Below, in pieces: positions 1 to 8,344 of a stretch of DNA of 35,956 nucleotides. The position numbers were made by a program, and so were the translations under genes. Each line of letters opens with the position of its first letter. The stretch's first letter is position 1. The DNA is from an uncultured Klebsiella sp. (GTDB lineage: Bacteria; Cyanobacteriota; Cyanobacteriia; PCC-6307; Cyanobiaceae). The notes below the pieces were generated by a model that was given only the letters and a program-made list of their open reading frames with translations, ran no database searches and had not been told where the DNA came from. The stretch lies in contig CAYFMB010000001.1 of the NCBI GenBank assembly GCA_964344095.1, positions 1 through 35,956 on the forward strand, written 5' to 3'.

Positions 1-44
1 TCGTCCTTGATCATCCGCAGGACATCTTGGGCTGTTTTGGCCAT
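1..44 (-). CDS. glnA: glutamine synthetase type I, N-terminal fragment (the gene continues past the left edge)
   Basis: The reverse-strand ATG at 44..42 reads MAKTAQDVLRMIKD. This matches the conserved N-terminus of cyanobacterial GlnA as I remember it. Only 14 codons are visible. Confidence 0.55.
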   Translation of the reverse strand, partial: MAKTAQDVLRMIKD

Positions 45-115
45 GACACGGGAAGAGGTGATGCCGCGCCTGGGCGGCGTTGGGCGACCGTAAGGATCGG
101 GCCGCAGCCCCTTGT

Positions 116-129
116 GTATCACCTGTAAC
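116..129 (-). promoter_or_regulatory. candidate NtcA-type binding site upstream of glnA (GT-N10-AC core, one imperfect half-site)
   Basis: The plus strand reads GTATCACCTGTAAC, so the glnA strand reads GTTACAGGTGATAC, against the consensus GTA-N8-TAC. A TAN3T-type -10 candidate, TACGGT, lies on the glnA strand (complement of 87..92), 23 nt downstream of the box. The glnA ATG is at 44. Confidence 0.4.
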
Positions 130-276
130 CGTTTTGCGGGTTAACGGGCGGCCAGTGCGGCCTGAGCCGTTGCGTAACCGTTTCTGTCAAATTGGCGAGA
201 TCGCCGGGCGGGCCTGGGTTTTTCTTGATTTGCCAGTGCTAGTTTCGCGGCGCTGCAGCGACTTTCTCGTTTCGTC

Positions 277-798
277 ATGCGCGATGCCATCACCGGTCTG
301 ATCGGCCGTTATGACCAACTCGGTCGGTACCTGGATCGTGATGCCATGGACCGCATGAACGGCTACTACGCGGAAGCCTCCAGCCGCCTGGCCGTGGTTG
401 AACTGATTAACCGCGAGGCTACTGAGATCGTGCGAGAGGCGGCTCAGCGCCTCTGGCTCGCTGATCCCGAACTGATCCTTCCCGGCGGTAACGCCTATAC
501 GACGCGTCGGCTTTCGGCTTGCCTGCGCGACATGGACTATTTCTTGCGCTACGCCAGCTACGCCCTGGTCGCCGATGACGTGACCATGCTCAATGAGCGG
601 GTCCTCAACGGTCTCGATGACACCTACAAGAGCCTCGGTGTGCCCACCGGTCCCACTGTGCGCAGCATTGCCCTGCTTGCCGATGTGGTTTGTGAACTGG
701 CCTCAGCCAGTGGGCTCAATGCTGCCGATGGTTGGATCCGCGCGCCCTTCGAGCACCTCTGCCGCGGCCTCGGCGCCACCAACGTGCGAGCCCGCTGA
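277..798 (+). CDS. apcF: allophycocyanin beta-18 subunit (phycobilisome core component ApcF)
   Basis: The 173-aa ORF starts MRDAITGLIGRYD and contains PGGNAYTTRRLSACLRDMDYFLRYASYALVA. These are phycobiliprotein beta-type motifs and resemble ApcF more than ApcB. Confidence 0.9.
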   Translation: MRDAITGLIGRYDQLGRYLDRDAMDRMNGYYAEASSRLAVVELINREATEIVREAAQRLWLADPELILPGGNAYTTRRLSACLRDMDYFLRYASYALVADDVTMLNERVLNGLDDTYKSLGVPTGPTVRSIALLADVVCELASASGLNAADGWIRAPFEHLCRGLGATNVRAR

Positions 799-851
799 GC
801 CGCCGAATAACCTCGCCAGATCACATCGGTCCAGCTGCCTTGCCCTCTCCC

Positions 852-2042
852 GTGCTGCCCTCTGTTAACTCCAGCCACCGCCGCAGCCTGGAGCCGATCA
901 ACACACCGTCCCGACTGTTGCTGGGCCCCGGCCCTTCCAATGCGCATCCGACGGTTCTTGAGGCGTTGAGCCGCACCCCCATCGGTCACCTGGATCCGCT
1001 TTACGTGCATCTGATGGGCGAGGTGCAGGAGCTTCTGCGTTATGCCTGGCAGACGGACAACCGTCTGACCATCCCCATGAGCGGCACGGGCAGTGCTGCC
1101 ATGGAGGCGACGCTGGCTAACACGATTGAGCCAGGTGACACCGTTCTGGTCGCGATCAAGGGTTATTTCGGCCTGCGCCTGGCCGACATGGCCTCTCGCT
1201 ACCGCGCCAAAGTGGTGACGATCGAGAAACGTTGGGGTGAGGCCTTCACTCTGGCTGAGCTTGAGCACGCAATCACCACGCACAAACCCGCCATCGTGGC
1301 GATGGTGCACGCCGAAACTTCAACAGGTGTCTGCCAACCCATGGAGGGGATCGGCGACCTCTGCCGAGCCAATGATTGTCTGCTGCTCCTGGACACGGTC
1401 ACCTCACTCGGCGGTGTTCCCCTCTTTCTTGATGAGTGGAAGGTCGATCTGGCTTACAGCTGCAGCCAGAAGGGTCTGAGCTGCCCCCCAGGCTTGGGCC
1501 CCTTCACCATGGGTCCTCGGGCTGAAGCCAAGATGACTGCTCGCAGCGGCAAGGTGCCCAATTGGTACCTGGATGTCACCCTGCTCAACCAGTATTGGGG
1601 CAGTGACCGCGTATATCACCACACCGCGCCGGTCAACATGAACTTCGGCATGCGGGAGGCCCTGCGGCTGCTGGCCGATGAAGGCCTTGAAGCTGCCTGG
1701 GCCCGCCACCGCAGCAATGCTGAGCAACTTTGGGCAGGGCTCGAACGGCTCGGCCTTGCCTTGCACGTGCCCGCTGAGCTCCGTCTGCCGACCCTCACCA
1801 CGGTGCGCATCCCTGAGGGTGTCGATGGCAAGGCCTTCAGCCTCCACTTGCTCAACAAGCACGGCATCGAGGTCGGCGGTGGTCTCGGTGAGCTCGCGGG
1901 CAAGGTTTGGCGCATCGGCCTGATGGGCTACAACAGCCAGAGCTCGAACGTCGATCGTCTCCTCAACCTGTTGGAAGACGAGCTGCCGGCCTTCCGCCCT
2001 GCAGCATCCAACAGTTCAGCGCCGCAGCCCATCGCTGTCTGA
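852..2042 (+). CDS. class V aminotransferase (serine-pyruvate / alanine-glyoxylate aminotransferase family)
   Basis: Motifs LLLGPGPSN, MSGTGSAAMEA, HAETSTGV and SCSQKGL fit the family. The ORF frame opens at 732 inside apcF, so I chose GTG 852, the first start after the apcF stop. The start is uncertain. Confidence 0.85.
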   Translation: MLPSVNSSHRRSLEPINTPSRLLLGPGPSNAHPTVLEALSRTPIGHLDPLYVHLMGEVQELLRYAWQTDNRLTIPMSGTGSAAMEATLANTIEPGDTVLVAIKGYFGLRLADMASRYRAKVVTIEKRWGEAFTLAELEHAITTHKPAIVAMVHAETSTGVCQPMEGIGDLCRANDCLLLLDTVTSLGGVPLFLDEWKVDLAYSCSQKGLSCPPGLGPFTMGPRAEAKMTARSGKVPNWYLDVTLLNQYWGSDRVYHHTAPVNMNFGMREALRLLADEGLEAAWARHRSNAEQLWAGLERLGLALHVPAELRLPTLTTVRIPEGVDGKAFSLHLLNKHGIEVGGGLGELAGKVWRIGLMGYNSQSSNVDRLLNLLEDELPAFRPAASNSSAPQPIAV

Positions 2043-2534
2043 GTCGAACGTTGATTGCCGCCGCCGTTGCCTGAACCATTGGCTCAGCTGTCTGGCGGCG
2101 GCGTCACCCAGAATCCCCCCATGCACCGCCATGTGATGGTGTGCACTGGGGCTGTTGGCCAGGTCAAGGCACCCCCCCAGTGCGCCGCGTTTGCCATCTG
2201 CGGCGGCATAGATGACCCGGCCCACCCGAGCTTGCACCAGAGCACCGGCGCACATGGGGCATGGTTCGAGTGTCACCAGCAGGGTGCAGGCGTTGAAGCG
2301 CCAGTCCCCCAACAGCCGTGCACCCTGCTGCAGGGCCTGCAGTTCGGCGTGGCCCAGAGGATCACGATCGCGTTCACGCCGGTTGCTGCCCCAGCCAATG
2401 CAGCGCCACGCCCCGTCGAGCAGGGCAGCAGCCACGGGAATCTCTCCGCCACGACCCACTGCAGCGGCCCGGCGCAACAACCGAGCCATCCAGAGTTCTA
2501 GCAACGCGTCCGGGGGCTCGCTCGTTGGGGGCAT
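2016..2534 (-). CDS. tadA: tRNA-specific adenosine deaminase
   Basis: It carries the CDA zinc motifs HAELQAL and LEPCPMCAGAL. I chose the ATG at 2534; the ORF opens with TTG at 2567. Its 3' end overlaps the convergent aminotransferase by 27 nt. Confidence 0.85.
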   Translation of the reverse strand: MPPTSEPPDALLELWMARLLRRAAAVGRGGEIPVAAALLDGAWRCIGWGSNRRERDRDPLGHAELQALQQGARLLGDWRFNACTLLVTLEPCPMCAGALVQARVGRVIYAAADGKRGALGGCLDLANSPSAHHHMAVHGGILGDAAARQLSQWFRQRRRQSTFDSDSDGLRR

Positions 2535-2579
2535 GGTCCCGTTGTAGCGAAACACCGCAGGTGACAATGGAGGTGCTCC

Positions 2580-4007
2580 GTGCGTCTGCCGTTGGCCCTA
2601 GCGCCCCACTCGCCGCGGGACCTGCCTGCACTGCCGTTTGTCAGCCCGCAGCAGCAGGATCCCCAGTTGCAGGCGCTGCTTGACGGCGCGGTTGCTTTGA
2701 TGACCCGCTGGCTGACCAGCGCTGCCGAACGCGCTCCACTGCCACAGCTGGCCCTGATGCCCGAAGTGGAGCCCCAGCTCCAGGGTCTGGGCAGCGAGGC
2801 ATTGCTGGCTGATCTGCAGCTGCTGATGGAAGGGGCCTACAACCCCAACCACCCTGGCGCCCTGGCGCATCTCGACCCGCCGCCGCTGCCTGCATCGATC
2901 GCCGCTGAGCTGGTCTGCGCAGGCCTCAACAACAACCTGTTGGCCGAGGAGCTCTCCCCTAGCCTGAGCCGCCTCGAGCGCAGCCTCTGCAGCTGGCTGG
3001 CCGAGAGCATCGGTCTGCCGGCCGGCAGCGGTGGGGTGCCTGCCAGTGGCGGCACCCTGTCCAACCTGATGGCTCTGGTCATCGCCCGGGCCAGTCGGGG
3101 CCTGCAACAGAACCAACAGGCGATCGTGCTGGCCAGCAGCGATGCCCATGTTTCGCTGGCCAAAGCCGTCGCGGTGATGGGTCTCCCAAGCTCAGCACTG
3201 GTGCAGCTGCCCGTCGATCGCGACGGTGGTCTCGAGCTTCATGCTCTCGAGCGGCAGCTGCGTCTGGCTGACGCTCAGGCGCGGCCAGTGCTGGCGGTGG
3301 TGGCCACCGCCGGCACCACGGTGCGGGGAGCTGTGGATCCGCTCGTGTCCATTGCGGCCTTGTGCCGCAAACATCAGACCTGGCTCCATGTCGATGGCGC
3401 CATCGGTGCGGTTTATGGGCTCGCCACTCGGCATCGGCAGCGGGTGGCAGGCCTTGAGCAGGCCGATTCGGTCACGATCAACCCGCAGAAGCTCCTTGGG
3501 ATCACCAAGACCTCATCGCTGCTGCTGCTGGCAAAACCGCAGCTGCTGTCGCAGACGTTCGCCACTGGCCTGCCCTACATGGAGAGCAGCTGGGGCGGGG
3601 GCCATGGCGGCGAGTGCGGCCTGCAAGGCACGCGCCCGGCCGAAATTCTCAAGCTCTGGCTGGGGCTGCGTCAGCTGGGCCTGGAGGGCATCGCTGCGCT
3701 GCTCGATGGAGCAATCGAACGGCGTCGCCTGTTGCAGAGCCTGTTGCAGCAGATCCCCGGGCTCGAGCTGCGCAGCGGCCCCATGCATCTGCTGGCGTTC
3801 AGCCCTGTTGGCATGGACGCAACGGCGGCCGAGCGCTGGAGCCAGGCCACGCGCTTGCGCCTGCTCGAGGCCCAGTTGATGCTGTCGCGGCCGCACTACG
3901 ACGGTCGCCATCACCTCAAGGCCGTGCTGGGCAATCCCCACACCGGTCGCGCCGAGCTCGAACGCCTGGCTGCCATCGTGGCCGCGAGCCTGAGCGAGGG
4001 GTCATGA
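2580..4007 (+). CDS. pyridoxal-dependent (group II-like) decarboxylase family protein, substrate unknown
   Basis: The 475-aa ORF contains HVDGAIGA and SVTINPQK (candidate PLP lysine codon at 3489..3491). Length and layout are typical of group II amino-acid decarboxylases. It starts with GTG. Confidence 0.8.
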   Translation: MRLPLALAPHSPRDLPALPFVSPQQQDPQLQALLDGAVALMTRWLTSAAERAPLPQLALMPEVEPQLQGLGSEALLADLQLLMEGAYNPNHPGALAHLDPPPLPASIAAELVCAGLNNNLLAEELSPSLSRLERSLCSWLAESIGLPAGSGGVPASGGTLSNLMALVIARASRGLQQNQQAIVLASSDAHVSLAKAVAVMGLPSSALVQLPVDRDGGLELHALERQLRLADAQARPVLAVVATAGTTVRGAVDPLVSIAALCRKHQTWLHVDGAIGAVYGLATRHRQRVAGLEQADSVTINPQKLLGITKTSSLLLLAKPQLLSQTFATGLPYMESSWGGGHGGECGLQGTRPAEILKLWLGLRQLGLEGIAALLDGAIERRRLLQSLLQQIPGLELRSGPMHLLAFSPVGMDATAAERWSQATRLRLLEAQLMLSRPHYDGRHHLKAVLGNPHTGRAELERLAAIVAASLSEGS

Positions 4008-4213
4008 GCCAGTCCCGCGGCAAATGGGTGGCGATCATCACCGGGGCTCTCTCGGTGCTGATCGCTGTGGCCTACCTCGTGCTGATCGCGGTGCTCGATA
4101 GCCGCGGACCGCTGTTGCCACCGCCGCCAGAGGCCCTCGGGCTTAGCGCTGTTGCTGACGCGGCGGCAGTTGGCGTTCCGTCTGGCGCCGCAGCGGCTCC
4201 ACCACCCGGCTGA
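4004..4213 (+). CDS. small membrane protein (69 aa), hypothetical
   Basis: The ATG at 4004 overlaps the decarboxylase TGA (ATGA). The protein has one clear TM helix (WVAIITGALSVLIAVAYLVLIAVL) followed by a Pro/Ala-rich tail. Its last 71 nt overlap the convergent GTPase gene. Confidence 0.45.
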   Translation: MSQSRGKWVAIITGALSVLIAVAYLVLIAVLDSRGPLLPPPPEALGLSAVADAAAVGVPSGAAAAPPPG

Positions 4214-5723
4214 GCGCCGTCTCCAGAAAACGCCGCAGCTCGGCATCACGGCGGCTGAGGTCGTAGTGCTGCTGCACGACGTCCTGAACACCACCGTCGC
4301 CCCAGTTCTGGTTCTGAGCGAAGTAGGTGATGAAGCTGAGCCCGGCAATGCGTGTCAACCAGGCGGCACTGACCGCCTGAATCGCGCGGCCCAGCAACAG
4401 GGTGGGCAGGCTGAGGCTGAGGCCATGGCCCAGCAGACCGATGGCACCTTTGACCAGGCCAAGGCCCGCCAGAGTCTTGCCCACCGACAGGGCCAGGTCC
4501 TGGGCGCTCTGACGACTGAGTTCGACGCCGTAGACACGGGCGATTTCGATCACCATCTGGGCGTTGACCGCTGCGGTCCCCAGCAGGTCAAGGCCAGGCA
4601 GCGGTGTCACAGCCAGCACGCCAGCGCCGATCCACATCGTGCGCTCGACGATGGCATCGGCATCCTGCTGTCGCTGCTGGGCCAGCAGGGCGCGGCTGGC
4701 CTCACTGAGCTGGCGCGACTGCAGCAACAGGTTGTCGGCGATCAGCTCTTCGCCGTCGCTGTGCAGTACGGCGGCAAGGCGGCGCAGCAGGGCGTCGACC
4801 TCCGGTTGCGGTTGCAGTGGTCTGCCGCCGGGGCGAGGCACGCTCTGGGGTGAGGCGCTGGCCGCGATCACATCGTCTGCTGCGATCAGCCCGAGCCCGC
4901 GCTGCCGCAGCAGCGTCAGCAGTCGGCTCTCCTCCTGTTCGCCGCGCAGATCGCACTTGTTGAGCACAAGCAGCAGCCTCTTGCCCAGCCCAGCGAGGGT
5001 CTGGAAGACCTCCTGTTCGGCCCGGCGCAGATCGCCGTCGACCACCAACAGCAGCAAATCGGCTTTGGCTGCCTGCTGACGGGCCAGCCGCTCGCGCTCA
5101 AGACCCCCAGCTCCGCTTTCCAGAATGCCTGGGGTGTCGACCAGCCAGATCGCCCGTTCCAACCCATGCAGCCGCAGGCGGTAGCGCTCAGTGCCAGTGG
5201 TCGAGCCCATGGCGGCGCCCACCGATCCCACGAGTTGGTTGAGCAGGGCCCGGATGAGTGAGGTCTTGCCAACGGAGCCTGTGCCCAGCACGACCAGGAC
5301 CAGATCGCCGCGTTCAAGCTCGCGGCGCATGCGTTGCTGCTCCTGGGTGAGCAGATCGCGCTCAACGGCATCGCGAATGCGCTCAAGCGTCTGGTCGATG
5401 GCTTCGAGGTTCTGGCGGGCTGCGTCGCGACGGGTTGACGGGGTGGCAGTGGCTGAGGTTGAAGGTTGTTTGGTGGACGCCGGCAGCCAGTCCAGCAGTC
5501 CCCGCTGCTGCAACCAGGACCTGAGCCAGGGCCAGCACACTTGCAACAGCAGCGCCGCTGCGGCAAGCAGCAGCACCGCTAGCACCGGTCCGACCAGGCC
5601 GTAGGGCAGCACGGCACTCAGCTGCCAGATCAACTGGTTGATGGCCTGCAGCACCAGTCCAACCACCAGCAACAAGGCCAGCGCAGCCGCCAAGACCAAC
5701 CAGAGGCGATGGCGCGTCTTCAA
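4143..5723 (-). CDS. membrane-associated GTP-binding protein with a C-terminal DUF697-like domain
   Basis: GTPase motifs are present: G1 GTGSVGKTS, G3 DTPG and G4 NKCD. The N-terminus has a TM segment and the C-terminal membrane region resembles YcjF/DUF697. I chose the TTG at 5723, 4 nt after the PBP stop. The alternative ATG at 5810 would overlap the PBP gene by 83 nt. Confidence 0.75.
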   Translation of the reverse strand: MKTRHRLWLVLAAALALLLVVGLVLQAINQLIWQLSAVLPYGLVGPVLAVLLLAAAALLLQVCWPWLRSWLQQRGLLDWLPASTKQPSTSATATPSTRRDAARQNLEAIDQTLERIRDAVERDLLTQEQQRMRRELERGDLVLVVLGTGSVGKTSLIRALLNQLVGSVGAAMGSTTGTERYRLRLHGLERAIWLVDTPGILESGAGGLERERLARQQAAKADLLLLVVDGDLRRAEQEVFQTLAGLGKRLLLVLNKCDLRGEQEESRLLTLLRQRGLGLIAADDVIAASASPQSVPRPGGRPLQPQPEVDALLRRLAAVLHSDGEELIADNLLLQSRQLSEASRALLAQQRQQDADAIVERTMWIGAGVLAVTPLPGLDLLGTAAVNAQMVIEIARVYGVELSRQSAQDLALSVGKTLAGLGLVKGAIGLLGHGLSLSLPTLLLGRAIQAVSAAWLTRIAGLSFITYFAQNQNWGDGGVQDVVQQHYDLSRRDAELRRFLETALSRVVEPLRRQTERQLPPRQQQR

Positions 5724-5727
5724 GCCT

Positions 5728-7878
5728 TCAGGTCCCTGCTGCCGCGATGATCTCGCCCCAGAGCGCCGCGGCAAGGGCGCTGCTGGCCCTGGTCGGGCGG
5801 TTGTCGTCATTACCCAGCCAGATGCCGACAACCCAGTGGCGTTGAGGCTCGAATCCGATGAACCAGAGGTCGCGGCTGTCGTTGGTGGTGCCGGTCTTGC
5901 CGCCTTCGCCGCCGCCGCGGTAAGCGGCACGGCCGGTGCCGCTGCGTACCACCGCCTGCAGCAGTGTGCGCATCTGCGCGCTCGCAAGGGCTGTGGTGGC
6001 ACGTCGGGGTGGGTTGGCGAGCTGCGGCGCGGCATTGGCGGCCTGGCGGCAGCGTCTGTCGGCCAGTCCTTGGCAGCTTTCGGCGTCGGTGATGCGGCGG
6101 ATCGTGCGCGGCAGATGCCAGAGGCCGTCATTGACGATGGCGCCATAGGCGCTGGTCAGCTCCAGCAGCGTCACTTCGCTCTGACCCAGGGCCAGGCCTG
6201 GGATCGGCTTGAGCGGTGAGCTGATGCCCAGGTCGCGGGCTTTCTGCACCATGGCTTCGAGCCCGACCCGCCGAGCCAGGCGAAGCGCTGCCGTGTTGCT
6301 GCTGATCGCCAGAGCCTGCTGCAGGCTCAGACCGCCGCGGCAATCGCTGCCGAAGTGCTGGCCGCCCCAGTTGAGTGGATCACAAGCGACGTTGGAGCCG
6401 GGTTTCAGACCGCGCTCCAGGGCCAGGAGGTAGGGCACCAGTTTGAAGGTGCTGCCCGGCTGCCGCAGTGCCATGGAGGCGCGGTTGAACTGGCTCTGGC
6501 GATAGTCGCGTCCACCAGCAATCGCCAGGATGCCGCCGCTGCGGGCATCGAGCACAACCACCGCACCTTGACGGACGCCGAGCTCCTTGTGGCGTTCGAG
6601 CCACTGCCGTAGCAGCGATTCCACGCTCTGTTGCAACTGCGGCTCGAGATAGGTATCCACCAAATAGTTGCCCTGCTGGGCCGCATCCCGGCCGACCAGT
6701 TGTTCCAGGTCACGGCGCACCTGATCGGTGTAGTAGGGCGCGCCCTTGAGACTTGGATGACTGCGGCACGCGTTGGCGGCAACCAGCACCGGTCGGCGGC
6801 TGGCTCGGCGTGCTTGGTCGGCGCTGATGCGTCCATTGGCGACCATCTTGCTGAGCACCTGGTTGCGCGAATCCAGTGCCGCAGTCGGATCGACGCAGGG
6901 GTCAAAGCCATTGGGTGAGGGCAGGAGGCCCACCAGCAGCGCAGCTTGTTCGAGGTTGAGCTGACGCGCTGAGATGCCGAAATAGTGCTGGGCCGCATCC
7001 TCGAAGCCCCAGCCCACACCCAGGTAGACCCGGTTGAGGTAACTGAGCAGCAGATCCCGTTTGCTGTAGCGGGCTTCGAGTTGCAAGGCCACCAGCAGTT
7101 CACGCCACTTGCGCTCAAGCGTTTCGCCATCGCCCACCTCTTCGGGGTACAGGCTGCGGGCCAGTTGCTGGGTCAGGGTGCTGCCGCCCTGCAGCACCCG
7201 ACCGCCCAGCAGGTTGGTGAGCAGAGCACGGGCCGTGCCGATCGGGTCGACCCCTGGATGCCACCAGAAGCGGTTGTCCTCGCTGGACAGCAGCGCGTCG
7301 ATCAGGACGTCCGGATAGGTGCTCAGCCCCGGCAGCTCGTTGTGTTTGAGGGTCTCGAGGCTGCTGATGGCTCTGCCCTTGCGGTCATACAGGGCGAGGG
7401 GACCTCGCACGGTCGCGAGACTGCCGCGAATGGGCATCTGCAGCACCGAGAACAGCAGCAGCAGCAAGCCCAGACCCAGGCCCGAGACAATCAAACAGCC
7501 CAGGAACCATCGCAGCTGTTGCAACTGGGGCAGGGGCGGGCAGCTGAAGCGCAACTCGGGCAGGCCGCTCTGCAGAGGCGGGCCAAGCCGAATGCGATCG
7601 CCATCGCACAGCAGCAGCTCGCGCACCCGCTTGCCGCGCCACCACACCCCGTTGGTCGAGTCGGCATCACGCAGCAGCCAGTTGCTGCCACGCTGCTCCA
7701 GCCAGACATGGAGACGGCTGACGGCACTGTGGTCAATCGTGATCTCCAGGTCGGGATCACGGCCAATGCGGTAAGTGCCCGCCAGCAGATCGAGGCGACG
7801 CGGCGTACCGCTGCCGACGTCGATCAGCAGCTGGGGGCTGGGGGGCTGACGCCACTGCCGCCAGCGCTCAAACCGCAT
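5728..7878 (-). CDS. class A penicillin-binding protein (GT51 transglycosylase plus transpeptidase) with an N-terminal FHA domain
   Basis: The FHA-like N-terminus reads YRIGRD..SRLHV..DADSTNGVWWRGKRV..DGDRIRLG. It is followed by one TM helix. GT51 motifs EDNRFWWHPG and GGSTLTQQLAR follow, then transpeptidase motifs STFK, SSN and KTGTT. Confidence 0.9.
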   Translation of the reverse strand: MRFERWRQWRQPPSPQLLIDVGSGTPRRLDLLAGTYRIGRDPDLEITIDHSAVSRLHVWLEQRGSNWLLRDADSTNGVWWRGKRVRELLLCDGDRIRLGPPLQSGLPELRFSCPPLPQLQQLRWFLGCLIVSGLGLGLLLLLFSVLQMPIRGSLATVRGPLALYDRKGRAISSLETLKHNELPGLSTYPDVLIDALLSSEDNRFWWHPGVDPIGTARALLTNLLGGRVLQGGSTLTQQLARSLYPEEVGDGETLERKWRELLVALQLEARYSKRDLLLSYLNRVYLGVGWGFEDAAQHYFGISARQLNLEQAALLVGLLPSPNGFDPCVDPTAALDSRNQVLSKMVANGRISADQARRASRRPVLVAANACRSHPSLKGAPYYTDQVRRDLEQLVGRDAAQQGNYLVDTYLEPQLQQSVESLLRQWLERHKELGVRQGAVVVLDARSGGILAIAGGRDYRQSQFNRASMALRQPGSTFKLVPYLLALERGLKPGSNVACDPLNWGGQHFGSDCRGGLSLQQALAISSNTAALRLARRVGLEAMVQKARDLGISSPLKPIPGLALGQSEVTLLELTSAYGAIVNDGLWHLPRTIRRITDAESCQGLADRRCRQAANAAPQLANPPRRATTALASAQMRTLLQAVVRSGTGRAAYRGGGEGGKTGTTNDSRDLWFIGFEPQRHWVVGIWLGNDDNRPTRASSALAAALWGEIIAAAGT

Positions 7879-8344
7879 GACCCCTGCTTGGGCGGAACAG
7901 CATCAAGACCAGGCAGACCACAGCCAGGTTGATCGCGACATCAGCCAAGTTGAACACCGGGAACGCGATGGGTGTCAGCGCCAGAAAGTCGATCACCGCC
8001 CCCAACCGCCAGCGATCGAGGCCATTGCCCAGCGTTCCCCCGAGTAGCAGACCAGCAGCGCAGCGTTGCAGCAATGGCAGCTCACGCTGACGCCACAGCC
8101 AGACCACGATCGCCATGGCAACGCCAGCGCTGATCAACCCCAGCAGCGTGGTCGCCTCAGTCAGCATGCTGAACGCAGCCCCACGGTTGTAGACCAACTG
8201 CAGATCCAGCAGCCCGGGGAGCAGCGGCCTGCTGATGCCGCTCGGCAGGGTCTGCTCGGCCCAGGCCTTGCTGATCTGATCGAGCAGCACCACAGCAGCG
8301 CCCAGGCCAAGGGCCTGCCAGCGGCCATGGGAGAGGCGGTTCAT
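7868..8344 (-). CDS. lspA: lipoprotein signal peptidase (signal peptidase II)
   Basis: Motifs LLDQISK, YNRGAAFS, GNGLDR and FPVFNLADVAI fit LspA. The ATG at 8344 forms an ATGA overlap with the bioY stop. The longer ORF running to 8599 lies inside bioY. Confidence 0.85.
   Translation of the reverse strand: MNRLSHGRWQALGLGAAVVLLDQISKAWAEQTLPSGISRPLLPGLLDLQLVYNRGAAFSMLTEATTLLGLISAGVAMAIVVWLWRQRELPLLQRCAAGLLLGGTLGNGLDRWRLGAVIDFLALTPIAFPVFNLADVAINLAVVCLVLMLFRPSRGHAV

Noticed and set aside
80-301. A 73-aa ORF in the glnA-apcF spacer
   Set aside because: It runs into the apcF start, has no motif, and sits in what is more plausibly promoter or leader DNA.
624-1310. A 228-aa ORF antisense to apcF and the aminotransferase
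   Set aside because: It lies entirely opposite two genes with strong family motifs. Its Arg/Ala/Gly-rich composition is typical of shadow frames in GC-rich DNA, and it has no recognisable motif.
5811-6146. An upstream extension of the GTPase ORF
   Set aside because: It overlaps the C-terminal coding region of the PBP gene in another frame. It is a Pro/Ala/Arg-rich stretch without homology features.
6985-7932. A 315-aa ORF antisense to the PBP gene
   Set aside because: It is a low-complexity Gln/Ala/Gly-rich shadow frame opposite a gene with complete GT51 and transpeptidase motifs.
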